DNA of 34,947 nucleotides from Perkinsus olseni (Eukaryota): NCBI GenBank assembly GCA_013115125.1, contig JABANN010000365.1, positions 1 to 34,947 of the forward strand, read 5' to 3'. Shown piece by piece: positions 24,183 to 34,947 of this stretch (position 1 is its first letter; each line of letters starts with the position of its first letter). The notes under the pieces were generated by a model. It saw only the letters and a program-made list of their open reading frames with translations, ran no database searches and was not told where the DNA came from. The position numbers and the translations under genes were made by a program.

Positions 24183-27100
24183 TTACATACTGATCACCCT
24201 TTTCGGGAAATTTGTAACATCAACGTCATCATCATCGCTGCCACCACCGCCGACGCCGCTGGACTGAGGTGACTGTCGAGCGGCGACGAGCTGCTCCCAA
24301 CGTCTCCGATTGGACTCAATCTGCCGAAGCGCCTGGAAAGTGTGCGAAAAGATCCATAATTGTGAGAGATTCTCGGTCAAATAAATTGAATTTTCCTGAG
24401 TCGCGAAAAAAAGGAGAATCGTCCCACTGAAGTCCGAAGCTTCAGCAGAACTGCGAACTGCCGAATCGAAAAGAATCGCAATCGCTGAATAATATCCCTC
24501 ACAAAGAGAGCATAGATGTGGAAGGTTCTGAGGTGAGAGAAAATTTACCGGAAAACCTGCCTGATGCTAAGATACTCGAGGCTGTCTATAAGTCTGGGAA
24601 ACATGTCTGGTATGATACTCACGCATCTCGGCCGCATTAAATATTCAGTTCGTCTTATATCGGAATACTCTACAAGATGACAATGAAAGTTATCCACACC
24701 ACTTCACAGCTTTGTCGTCCTCATGCTAGCTCCTACGATCTCTCTGTCACCATGCCAGTCCCGAATACGGTTCGGTCCCTTTCCTCCATGCCTGCGTTGC
24801 TCGGGCGGTGTACGATCTCTATCATCCGCGCCAGTTCGCCATGCGCGACTTTGCAGCTCGACACGAGCAGGTCGACCATGCGACACCGCGAATCTCTTCT
24901 GCCCCTCGGCCAGAGCGACAGCATTTAGAGCATGTTTGATGCGGCATACGTTTATGACGCTCCTCCCAGCGTTCGTCAGCAGCATCCCTGTGGCAATTGA
25001 CCCAACCAGCTCAATAAGCCCTTCCTTGCCAATCCTCAACATCGCGTGGGTCATCTCATACGAGATTATACCACACAGTTTGTCATAAATCCCTCCTTGA
25101 ATGGACGACTCGGGACGCGTTGTCATTAAAAGCAAATAGACCGCCCAAGCCACCGGCGCCGAGGTCCTCTCCTTCGGACCGGAGTTTCCAGCTTAGTAGC
25201 GGTGACCACCCTGGTAGGGGCTCTCGCAAGAGGATCATTCACCGAATCCGGGCTAGAAATCGTTGTCATAAAAGATGAATGAGAGAAGGAAGCTGTAAAG
25301 GGAAGAGCTAGCAGGAATTCCACCATTTACATATGAAAGAAAATTTGGGACCAAAAATTTCCTCTATGTAGTCCAAGTAGAGGTAATTATTTACTTTTCT
25401 CATTCGTCCACTTGACATCGGATTATACTCATTGACCCGTTTCTGGATGGCATTATAGAGAGGCAGCGTACCTGTCGCATCCGGAAGTCCCCGGATCGAA
25501 TCGCAGCAGCGGCACTTACTCATTTCCAAGAATCCTAGCTCCATGCCCGGTACATCCAGAGCGGCAGAATCGCAGTATAAACTGACGGGTATTCCCATCG
25601 CCCACTCGTCATCTCCTTGGGAGACATACTCAGAAACTACGGCAAGAACGACGCGATATGCAGCGGAGCGATGCAACCTCTCCCGGAAAAATTCCCAAAA
25701 TTTCCTCATTTTCCGATATTTTCCCAAGAAATTCCATTCCTTACTGAGCCTCTCAACGCTGGAATAATGAGATTCCCACGGCATCGCCGTGAACCCCATA
25801 TCAGCCGCTCGAATCACCGCACGGAGAAGATGAGTAGGTGTCGTTGTCGGATCCTAGAGAGAGATATCTTGAACACTTGAATTTCCTCAACGCTCTTCAC
25901 CTCGAGCTCTTCGACTCTCCTGAAATGGCCGGCCACGTCTAAGGACATGATGCAGTCGATGACTATCTTCCGGAAATGCTCCTTCTCGGATCTGAAAAAT
26001 ATGAAAAACTACCGACTTTCTCAGGATCACTCGCAAAGGAACATCCACATCGCAAAGGAACATCTCTTCTCAGGACAATAGAGATAACCAGTTATCGTTC
26101 GATTTCCGATTCGAAATTTCATAAACTATGCATGACCAGGGACGAAGCGGGGAAGAGTCGAGAGCGCTTTTCTCGGCAGAACGGAAAAACATCATGGACC
26201 TCAAAAAAAGACTCAACATTTTGCGAAATTTTTGACCGAAAATTCGACCCATCGAGAAAAGCAAGAAGAGGTCCCGACTATTTCTCACTCGGAAAGCCAT
26301 TGAGTCGGGTCGCAGGTTGGATTGGCTTCCAAGGCCTCGAAAGTCGTCGCTGCGTGAAAGTTCTGAAGAACCGATTTATCATTGTACCTGAAGTGTAACA
26401 ATATTAGCTCGGCACAGCACGGGCAGCAGGGGACGATTTATTCATTCGGCTGCTGTTCCGAAAAAGGAAAATTATCGGGAAAAACGGTATTGAAAAAACT
26501 CCCACCCATCCTTACGTCACTGCCAGCTCGTGCTCGGTTTCGATCAGGAAGTCCGATGTCCTCGCAAAATGACCAACCTGAAGAGCAACCCAATTAGCTC
26601 AACCGGCGCATCCGGCGATCTTTCATGGTGGAGGGCGTAGGATCGAATCCTCAGCCATCCTGTTTACATCTCCGCAAAGGCAGGCCACGATGAAGGCCGC
26701 CCATTCTAATGGCATAATTTCTGAGATGCCCATCGACTCGAGGAGAAAGAATCTGAAAATAAAGTCTTCGAGTTTCTCGCGCGCCATGAAATTCCCCTCT
26801 ATCGAGATGAGTAGTCCGATACCCAAAATTGAATCCACGAGGGGCAAGTCGTGGTTCCCTGCCAAATCACTATCTCGCAAGAAAATAGAAATCTCCGAAA
26901 TTTTCGAAAATGATGGATTTTTCCGAAATTTTACCTCCCTTTATACTCACCCATGATGCGTCCTCTGTGCTGCATGCTTCGAACTATGGAATGGATTCGG
27001 CAGATACAATTGGTCAAATAACGCCAAAAACTTTTGCAGGCAAATAGCGCCGGCCGGAGGCACCACAGACGATGCTGCTTCACCCACTGAGAAGAGAAAA

Positions 27101-28110
27101 AAGCGTCACGCGCCACAAAATTCAAGACCGACGCCTCAATTAATGAGAATCCTCGCAAGTCGATTAGAGTCTCTCACAAACTCAAAGATATGTACACGCG
27201 GGGCCGAACAGCGTCACGCGCCCTAAAATTCCACACCAGTCCAGCAAGAGACAAGCGGATAAGCAAGCAACGAGCCTGAGGAAAAAACATGATAGAGACG
27301 AAACGGCCACGATCCTTCATCCTGGCTTCACACAAGTGAGAAAGATACTCCGATATTTACTTGGTGCGTGAAGGCCTGGTCCCATCAGCTGATTCATCGT
27401 GCTCAAACCGATCAATATGAACGCCGAGAGGCTGGTCGACTGAAAAATGAAACAATCACTACAATTTTCGGGAAAAATTTTGTCGCGCGCCACGAAATTA
27501 TTCCCACTCGAACTCACGCTATTTTCATGAAGCGTCTTCTCGAGTTGGTATGCATCCAAAAAGTAATCTCGGCCGACCGACTTTAGAAGGGACATCGCCG
27601 AAGTTCCGAGCTCATCCAGCCAGCCGCTATCTGAAGATGACCATGAAACTTTCAGTGCGAGGTTGACTCTGGCTGCCAGAGTCTGGCAACTCGCAGAAAT
27701 AAAGATTCCCGCCCTGCTGGCTCACATGCGACCTACCAGGCTTGACCGCGTAAAACGGGCGTCGTAAACGAGCGATCGAAGGATTTACAGAGGCTGTCGA
27801 TGGCGCAGGTGGAATGACTTCTTTTATCCATTCAAGAATCTGAAACCAGAAATGCGTGAATTACACCGCTAGCGGAGTTTTTCACCCATCCTACCTCCGA
27901 CTTGCCAAACTCGGCGCCATTCTTGATCCAGCCCAACAACACCTCCTTCTGGAGGTCCATCACGAAGAGCGACTTCTGGGTGAGTCGAGACTGAGAAATG
28001 CGAAAATGCTACCAGATCGTTGTTTTTGGCCAGACGGCCCTGAAGCGACTTTTAGGATGCAGGAGGCCACGAGCGACGAAACCATGCCTATTAAATTCAG
28101 TTGAACGAGT
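24183..28110 (-). CDS. Class I 3',5'-cyclic nucleotide phosphodiesterase (HDc/PDEase_I domain), multi-exon, with active-site substitutions; N-terminal exons probably continue beyond 30345
   Basis: Ordered motifs YLPNPFHSSKHAA, ACLCGD|VGHFARTSDFL, YNDKSVLQNFHAATTF, FRKIVIDCIMSLDVAGHF, IRAADMG...PW, EYVSQGDDE...GIPVSLYCD, MELGFLE, IESNRRRW. Confidence 0.9.
26588..26660 (+). pseudogene. Decayed full-length tRNA inside the 90-nt PDE intron 26578-26667 (antisense to host)
   Basis: A-box-like TAGCTCAACCGG and T-arm GTAGGATCGAATCCT at tRNA-like spacing; the intron is fixed by the CGD|VGHF junction. Confidence 0.6.
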
Positions 28111-28499
28111 GAGCCTCACGAAATTGAGCGAAAAAAATTGTGACGAATCTCGATTAACTTATGCGCGAGTAAGGTTTATAGAGCGTATCTTACCGTTTCT
28201 TGAGCATGCTCGACATCCTCCAAAAGATATTTATTATCTTCAGGATACCCAATCGACCCTTCCTGACGAGCTCTCTCCAACAACCGCTCGATGTCCATCA
28301 AACGCTGAGGGGGGAAAAGTCACAGCGGAGCGAAACTTCCTTCCATGCAATACGCGATTTTCGAGAGGAGTGAGCCCAGAAACAAGAGAAAGACGCGAAC
28401 CCAACGGTGCTGTCGGTAGGCAAAAAGCTACACGGCACAGTGCGACACTGTCAGCGCCGTGCTTTGAATTTTCAGTCATTCTGAAGCCAAGCTACCAGC

Positions 28500-28917
28500 A
28501 GGAACGAGTTACTCGTCCTTTCTCGACCCTTGCATCTGCGGCTCAGCTCCTGCGCAGTCTATCCTTCACAAATGCCAGCTGTGAGAAACTTCGCGCGCCG
28601 CAAGCTGGTATTGCTAGAGGGGTCCGTAAAGCAATACTAAGCATTGCGAAGTCACCATTCAGCTGCAAAGGTTGCATGCTATTAAGTAGCCCCAACAGTT
28701 CACCACAGTACTCCGGAAAGCATTGCTTAGCAACAACCAATTCAGAGGCCAGACCAGTGATGGGAGACTTCATGAGAGCGATGCTCTCAGAGCGTAGCCG
28801 CGTGACTTCAGCCACTTCGTGTTCTGGGCCGACATATCCCCCATGAGAGGATTGGCTTATCGGAGTCAGTAGGCGGGAACAAGCCGTATTTTTGCACGAC
28901 CAAGCTAGCCGTTCCAC
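28500..28917 (-). mobile_element. Decayed hAT-family transposase C-terminal dimerisation domain; relic probably extends ~28170-30240
   Basis: DFAMLSIALRTPLAIPACGARSFSQLAFVKDRLRRS*AADARV matches the hAT pattern ALRILLTIP...ERSFS.L...K..LR...M...RL; in-frame stop and fragmented upstream ORFs; no TIRs recognised. Confidence 0.65.
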
Positions 28918-30344
28918 CTAGTGCTCCCTTCACTCACGTGGTCCCTACAGAAGACTCCTCTGGGTACTGTGCTGATCCCGCCAGCCTACAGAGTTGGGAC
29001 TCCGTTGCCACCATTAGTCTCAGCGCTATTCTCGACAAGGGCCCCAGAGATTGAACAGCTTCGAGCGTTGAAAGGGCGCATGCCGAAGCGAAGGGGAGGG
29101 GCCCGATTCCTCGCTGTTCTAAATAGCATCTTCCACATAGATTGTTCTTTCGTCGACACTTCGGCGCCCGGCGCCGTTCAGTGGTGTCGCAATACATAAT
29201 ACCAAGCTGATTTCTGAGCAGGCTCGCCGTTGGGGCCAGTAGGGTCCGTGTGACCGGCATCCTCGATGCCCCCATGGTGAAATCCTCGCCTTCTGTTTTG
29301 GGGCTCAAAATTTGGGCTAGTAGCAGCCGGTGGACCTGCCGATGCGGAAATTCCCAGGACATGTACGTCACCTGGGCGAGTCTAATAATGAGTTGCCTGA
29401 GGCAACTTATCTCGAATCTTAGTGACTCCCTAGACTATTCAGGTCGGCTTCGTGAATGTTATTTATGGTACCAATTACCCTGCGCCCCATCCGATGAGCT
29501 GCTCACCTTGAGACCCAGCGCCCCTCAGAGCATTATGCCAGGGTGAGGCGCAGGCCTGGACGCAGTTACCAGATTCAGATTGAATCTTGAATCGATTGCA
29601 AGTCACTGTATCACATGGGTCCACCGGAGCCACGCTCCTTCCCCCCCCCCCAGAGTGGTTCAACTGAGGTTCCCTTCTTCAATCCGCAGAAGGACTACTA
29701 CCCGCCTCGGAGGAGGTACCTCCTACAGGCGGTAGTCGTTGCATGCGCTATGTTCCCGAGTGAATGATGGCTCTGAGACGCATCCCCAAAGTCGATTTCG
29801 GATAAACTGCCAAACTGAGTGACTCCCATCAGAAACGGCTAAACTCGAGGTCGCATCAAACAAGTCTGTTCAAAGGGCGCACGGCGCTCAGCGCCGCCAG
29901 CTTGCAGCGACTCATAGCAGGAAGTTGTCCGTCTAACATCAGCATCCACCATCTGCATGTGCACATCAGTCGTCATAAGATGTTGAGACATTTCAGTCTC
30001 GGTCTGATGACTGAGTCAGTCACCCAAGTGATTTCCCTTTGATCTTATCTCTTGCGCACTATTATGCCGCTCCTAGCCACGACGGCCATGACTGCCGTGA
30101 CGGCAGTGTTGCGTCGGGGGCAGTTTGATACACGAGTTCCCAGAATCAATACGAGCTTCCATACTCGCAGTCACAAAAAGCAAGCTCAACGCCAGCCACT
30201 TGAGGCATTACCGGGCCCATCAAGTATCTTGTGACGCATGTAAGCTACGGATCACCCCGAAAACCGCTGCACGCATGCACAGAGCAACCATTTTTTTCAG
30301 AAAAAAATGAGATCCTCCATGCGAAAAAACCTCACTTATCCTCA

Positions 30345-31013
30345 CCTTCAGCTCTCCCTCTATTTGCGACGTCAACGGAGAGTCCGAATTGGAGTCGAAT
30401 GCATTAATGGTCGATTCCAAGACCTAAGATGGAAAACTCTCAACGAAAACCTACGGAGATGTCTCTTAACAGATCACGCCTTGCTCGGGACGATACCGTT
30501 TCAAACAGCGAAACTTCACTTATCCCACGTAATCGAGCGACCTTCTCCGGTAATTCGGACGATATCAGACCGATTTCTCGTAGCTCAGCATACCAATCAA
30601 GCGCTCCAACCTCGCCTGACGAGCTCGTCCGTGCGACAGGGGAGATACGAGAACGAAATGAGAATTATTCGGAAGCGCAACGTATGACGTTTCTTCGACA
30701 AATAATCCCAAGCTTCACCTGCGTGTGCAGTTGATCTATTACCGCGGGAAAACCGTAGAAAATCGCGCCGAAAACTGCACAGTCATCTTCCCCGACTCAC
30801 CCCAATAGCCCGTTGAGTGACTTCCAAGCTGAGGTAATTTTTTCGCCGGTACATTTCTATCTGATATTTTCCCGCCAGGGCCAGGGCGTCCAATAACAGC
30901 TGCGCTACGATAGAGAATCTGAGAGGATAGACTTTTCACGCGCCACGAAATTGTGAGTGGCCTCTAGAGGACGCAGGATCGATCCCAACAGCCGTCGTCT
31001 TTTTCATTCGCAT
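30345..31013 (-). CDS. Coding exons, probably the N-terminal part of the PDE gene upstream of the hAT relic
   Basis: Open segments GEVGALDWYAELREIGLISSELPEK and VLESTINAFDSNSDSPLTSQIEGELK|GTGAGG; linkage to the PDE is inferred only. Confidence 0.4.
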
Positions 31014-31064
31014 TTTTTATATCAAACTCTCCTGTGAACAGAGTAACTTTCTCATCAACAAAAA

Positions 31065-33905
31065 CGCTATTTCGGGCCCGAACTATTCTCACACGCAGGA
31101 AAATACATAGAAACGCCCCCGCCAAGAATCGAACCAGGGACCTACAGTGCCCGACTGACGGTGAACTCGACGTCCATGTCCATATCACCATCATCGGCGG
31201 GTATGTAGGATACCGCCGTCACAATGGTGTAGAGTACCGCTGCCGGGACAACGACCCACACAAGCCGACACAACCGTATGGCCGAATAAAACGCTAAATA
31301 CCTGCATGAAAGGATATACCAATTTTTCCGTAATTCGTCTAATACTGTCTTTCGGGCTTATCCTAATTCTACAGTGATTTTTCACCGAGTACTTCCCGGA
31401 GGCAAAACATCGAAACTCCCAGTAAAAACCAATACCAAGTGAAAATCTTTCGTGAAGCATTTTTGGGCAAGCTTTAAAATTTACCCAATTTTTCCCCGAC
31501 TCTCTACTACGTGATAAGAGCTGTTTGTAGGACGGCGAAATCAGCACCGCGCCACTGTGTAGTGGCCGTCCCGAAAGCTTCTTCAACGCTCACATCTGAA
31601 AAGAAAAATAGGAGAAAAAATTATTCTTGACTGCCAATGATGAAATAATTGAAAAAATTGGACTCAAGTTGGTATTGAGCTGTCGTTTTGCAGAAGGCGA
31701 AAATTGTTGAATTGAGTGTCGTGTGAAATATATTAAGAAAAATACCTAATTTTTTCAACCATATTCTCCATTTTTTTCCTTATTCTGAATAGTTTCGACA
31801 AAATTATTTCACCAATTCCCTTTTTTCCGCACGTAATAGTGGAAAAATTTTCGTGATAATTTCGAACAAAGAAAATCTTCTCCCCGCTAGTACTGCAGAG
31901 CCGCGCCGCTCGGTAGAGATCTCCGGCGAAGATTTCCAAAAGGACGATGAGGGCCGTCCAAACGAGGACGCCCACCTCTGCTCGACCTCGGAGGACAGCA
32001 GGAAAGAATCTTAGAGTAATACACAGTACACCTAATCAAAAAATGAAGTAGCCGGGATTTGATCCGGGGACCATTCGCATGGAAGCTGGCAAGCTTACCG
32101 AGTCCAATAGTGATGAGCCATGATACGTTGTAGAGGACGTTAGCGTCTGTTCCCCATCTCACGATTAACGGGGTTGTGGTGAAACTCCAGCCAATGCAAA
32201 GCTTCCAAATGGCGAAACTGATGAGAAATCTTTCGATTCCAAATCGATCAACCGTTTCATTCACGAGAAGTCCATAACACGAGTCTCAACCGGAAGGCAT
32301 ATCTTAGGTCGAAGGTTGAAAGATACGAAATAGCTCCGCCGGTACTACATAATAACTCCGACTCCCATCAAAGTGAAGCTCTTCTGCGTCCTGCCATCCA
32401 CCCCATTAACGTAAACTCTCTCCACCGCAGGAACAGAAAATCGCGGAAATAACAGACAGAACCCCCTGAAATTCGGAAAAAGTTGGTATTGGCTTGAACG
32501 CATGCGCAACCATAAAATCCAAGGGCGACCTAAAGATACGCACGTTCCAACCAGCCGACAATTCAACCATTTCACAATACAACCATCCAAGCAGTAGTAT
32601 GGAATTTCAATAGGGACAGCCAGTGCCTCATCAACAGTTTTGATTCACCATGACGGTGAGAGATCTCCTCTCACCGACTCTAACTAATCGTCACATCAAT
32701 GAGAAATGACTTCCGCCAGATTCGGCGATTGTTTCTGAGAATGATGATGACGATCGCAGATATCACTATTTACGATAGCAGAGCATTCGCGTTGAACTTC
32801 CTCGCCCGACGTTCGCCATAACGAGCGTCGAAGCCAACAGCCAAAAATTCCGAAAATCTGGGCGAAAATTTTCCGAAAATAAAATTTTCCCCTAGTCAAA
32901 AGCGCTATCAGCATGCATTGGACCACCAACTTACCGTGTACAGAAATTTTTCCGCGAAAATATCACAATTTTCCAATTTTTTCTTATCCAGCCTTCTTCC
33001 CCGCGACTACCTTTTTATCACAACCGCATCCCACTTAGCCAACTTCTCCTTCTTATACTGAATTTGGTCGATCGGTCCGAGAACGGCCTCGAAATCAGTC
33101 CCCGGGTCCTCGCTCGAAAACGCACTGCTATTGTCGTCAAATAAATCGTCATCGTCATCATCATTAGCATAGTTTTTCTCAGCAGCATCACCGTCGCGCG
33201 CCACGAAATTATCGTCACTTGGACTGCTGTTGCTCACCGAACCGACCCCAACGTAATACTCGTCTCCAAAATATCCTTCATAAAAGCGATCGTAATGCTT
33301 CGAGGGCGCTGACAGCGTACGTGGCGGTGGGGGTAGGGTAGGCTGATCAAAAAAATTATAATAATTTCTCCTTCGCGAGATTCTGGCGCTCATCAACTGG
33401 GAGTTGATGATGTCCGAGCGTCCCAATTTTTTAAAAATTTTCAGAACGGAAAATTTCAGGCGTCTGCCGATACTCTGTTGCCCGAATAAAAATTTCACGA
33501 GGAAGTGATAAAATCTAACCGTTTCGTTTGTGGTAAATAATTGTCCATGCCAGGTCGATAAGAAAATTTCATCCGCTGACACCTGCCGGTACTCCCTTGA
33601 CGGAATGAGAAGCTGACGAGGGTGTAACAACAACAAACGGTTTCAAATTCAATAAGAATTGCTCATAGCAATCGGATGAAAAAATATCAGTTTCCCCGTC
33701 AGAATCCCGCCCAGTGCGAGAAAACAACTCATGGCAACAATGATACGTGATTTCATAACAGGGGTGACACTCCAGTGGACTCGGCCACAACTACCTTCCC
33801 AGGTGATTCAACACCTCCTCCTCCTCCTCCTCCACCACCACCACCATCACCATCATCGATCTTGGAGTCGTCACTGTCGCCCTTTCGACGCCGTCGTCGC
33901 CACAT
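31065..33905 (-). CDS. Multi-pass membrane protein with low-complexity N-terminus (polyG, polyD); either a separate gene or the TM region of the PDE
   Basis: Hydrophobic exons FLISFAIWKLCIGWSF, VLYNVSWLITIGL|GVLCITLRFFPAVL, VGVLVWTALIVLLEIFAG, GCVGLWVVVPAAVLYTIVTAV; 209-aa ORF 33007-33636. Confidence 0.55.
32032..32098 (-). pseudogene. 67-nt intron made of a decayed tRNA plus T6 run
   Basis: GTAAGCTTGCCAGCTTCCATGCGAATGGTCCCCGGATCAAATCCCGGCTACTTCATTTTTTGATTAG; splicing joins L-G-V in frame. Confidence 0.65.
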
Positions 33906-34947
33906 AGACGAGAAATGGAGGTCGTGAGTTACTCCTCCTGAAAATAGGAAAGGAAAACTGTGCAAATGATCATAAATTCAATTTCGGCATACCACTTTTC
34001 CCCCAACTTCCAATGAAATTCACCACCACTCCCACTGTCCATGTGCCCTAGATTTTTTTCTGCCATTTCCGAAATTACTTGTCGAAATCCCACCCGATAA
34101 AAAATGCAGAAAACGTCACACAAAGACGATAAAACGAAAAAGTCCAGAAGCTGTTTTCCAATTCGACGCCCTGAGTGAACGAAAATCATCTGTCTCTTCC
34201 CTCTTGCCCTCTTCGATGCCGAGCAAATGTTGAGTTAAACCCGTAGGGTTCGACGAGGGTGAAACTAGTACAGGGGCTTAGCCCGGGCCCCCCGCACGGC
34301 GCGGATCTCAGCTGCGTTCCGACACAACGGTTTCGAGCTTAACGGAACTAACGGAGTAGCTTTCTCGAAGTATTTTGGAAGCCGGGTAGATTGGCCCATA
34401 CGGATTTGTTTTTATCTTCTATTTTCCTGAATTTCCATCATCTTTACAAGATCTCAATTTTTTCGCCGTACCACTCCTTCCCATAATCACACTCAGTAAC
34501 GCTCTAATATTGTCTAACCCTCGTCGATGGACCTCCCCTCAGTATTACTTTTCCCATTGTAGCCATCGGCACTGACTGATCGTCCTTCGGGAGTGGATGG
34601 AAGCATACAAAAGGTTAAGCTGGTACTGAGAAATGCACGCGGGTTCGATGCCGGGGTCCTCCTATTTAAAACTTCGGTAAAATCACCCTCGCAGTTTACG
34701 AGGTCGAAAGATACGCTCGGTGAATTCAACAAGTTCTATCGGGAAAGTGCCAAGAATTTTCCGGATCTTGACATAATAATTTCGTGGCGCAGTGACGGAC
34801 GACTGCACCTATTAGCCGAGAGGATACGTTCCGTTAGCGGAGGGAGTCAATGCTAAGGCGAGGCGTCATTGTTCGGTTGTCCATGAAAATGGTGAATCCT
34901 GAAAATGGTGAATCGGAAAAAATTACCCGCGAACCCTGATAATGGTG

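Larger units (their letters stand above)
15728..34796. repeat. Dispersed 18-bp motif AATTTYGTGGCGCGYGAC (~15 copies)
   Basis: Copies at 15728, 16374, 21543, 21845, 22375, 23144, 23999, 24126, 26777, 27105, 27213, 27482, 30936, 33193, 34778. Confidence 0.9.

Noticed and set aside
27998-28846. 282-aa + strand ORF
   Set aside because: Overlaps - strand PDE exons and the hAT relic; no coherent protein features.
34555-34570. GTAGCCATC as a spliced-leader relic
   Set aside because: Only 9 nt match the perkinsid/dinoflagellate SL; the TTGGCTCAAG end is absent.
34885-34914. Tandem GAAAATGGTGAATC x2
   Set aside because: A simple local duplication with no further structure.

Overview
Eukaryotic, gene-dense genomic DNA with many very short (mostly ~45-90 nt) spliceosomal introns. 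Gene content and style suggest a perkinsid alveolate (Perkinsus-like); this is an inference. A + strand block (482-7873) holds polyadenylate-binding protein, a weak hypothetical gene, a probable mitochondrial Tim44-like-domain protein and a strongly codon-biased orphan. It converges at ~7.9-9.3 kb on a long - strand block (~9.3-34.9 kb): hypothetical, PEX7, PRP18, several hypotheticals, an ankyrin-repeat protein, a cyclic-nucleotide phosphodiesterase with active-site substitutions and a multi-pass membrane protein, plus a decayed hAT transposase fragment. The most unusual signal is non-coding. (1) An intact tRNA-Pro(CGG) lies inside a PRP18 intron, and about 20 decayed tRNA/T-arm (B-box) relics make up much or all of many short introns, in both orientations. 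(2) A conserved dispersed 18-bp motif AATTTYGTGGCGCGYGAC occurs about 15 times. (3) Many introns show ~10-bp periodic An/Tn tracts resembling nematode PATCs. (4) Two further short intron-resident repeat families are present. Exon boundaries were assigned by eye and are firm only where protein homology anchors them.
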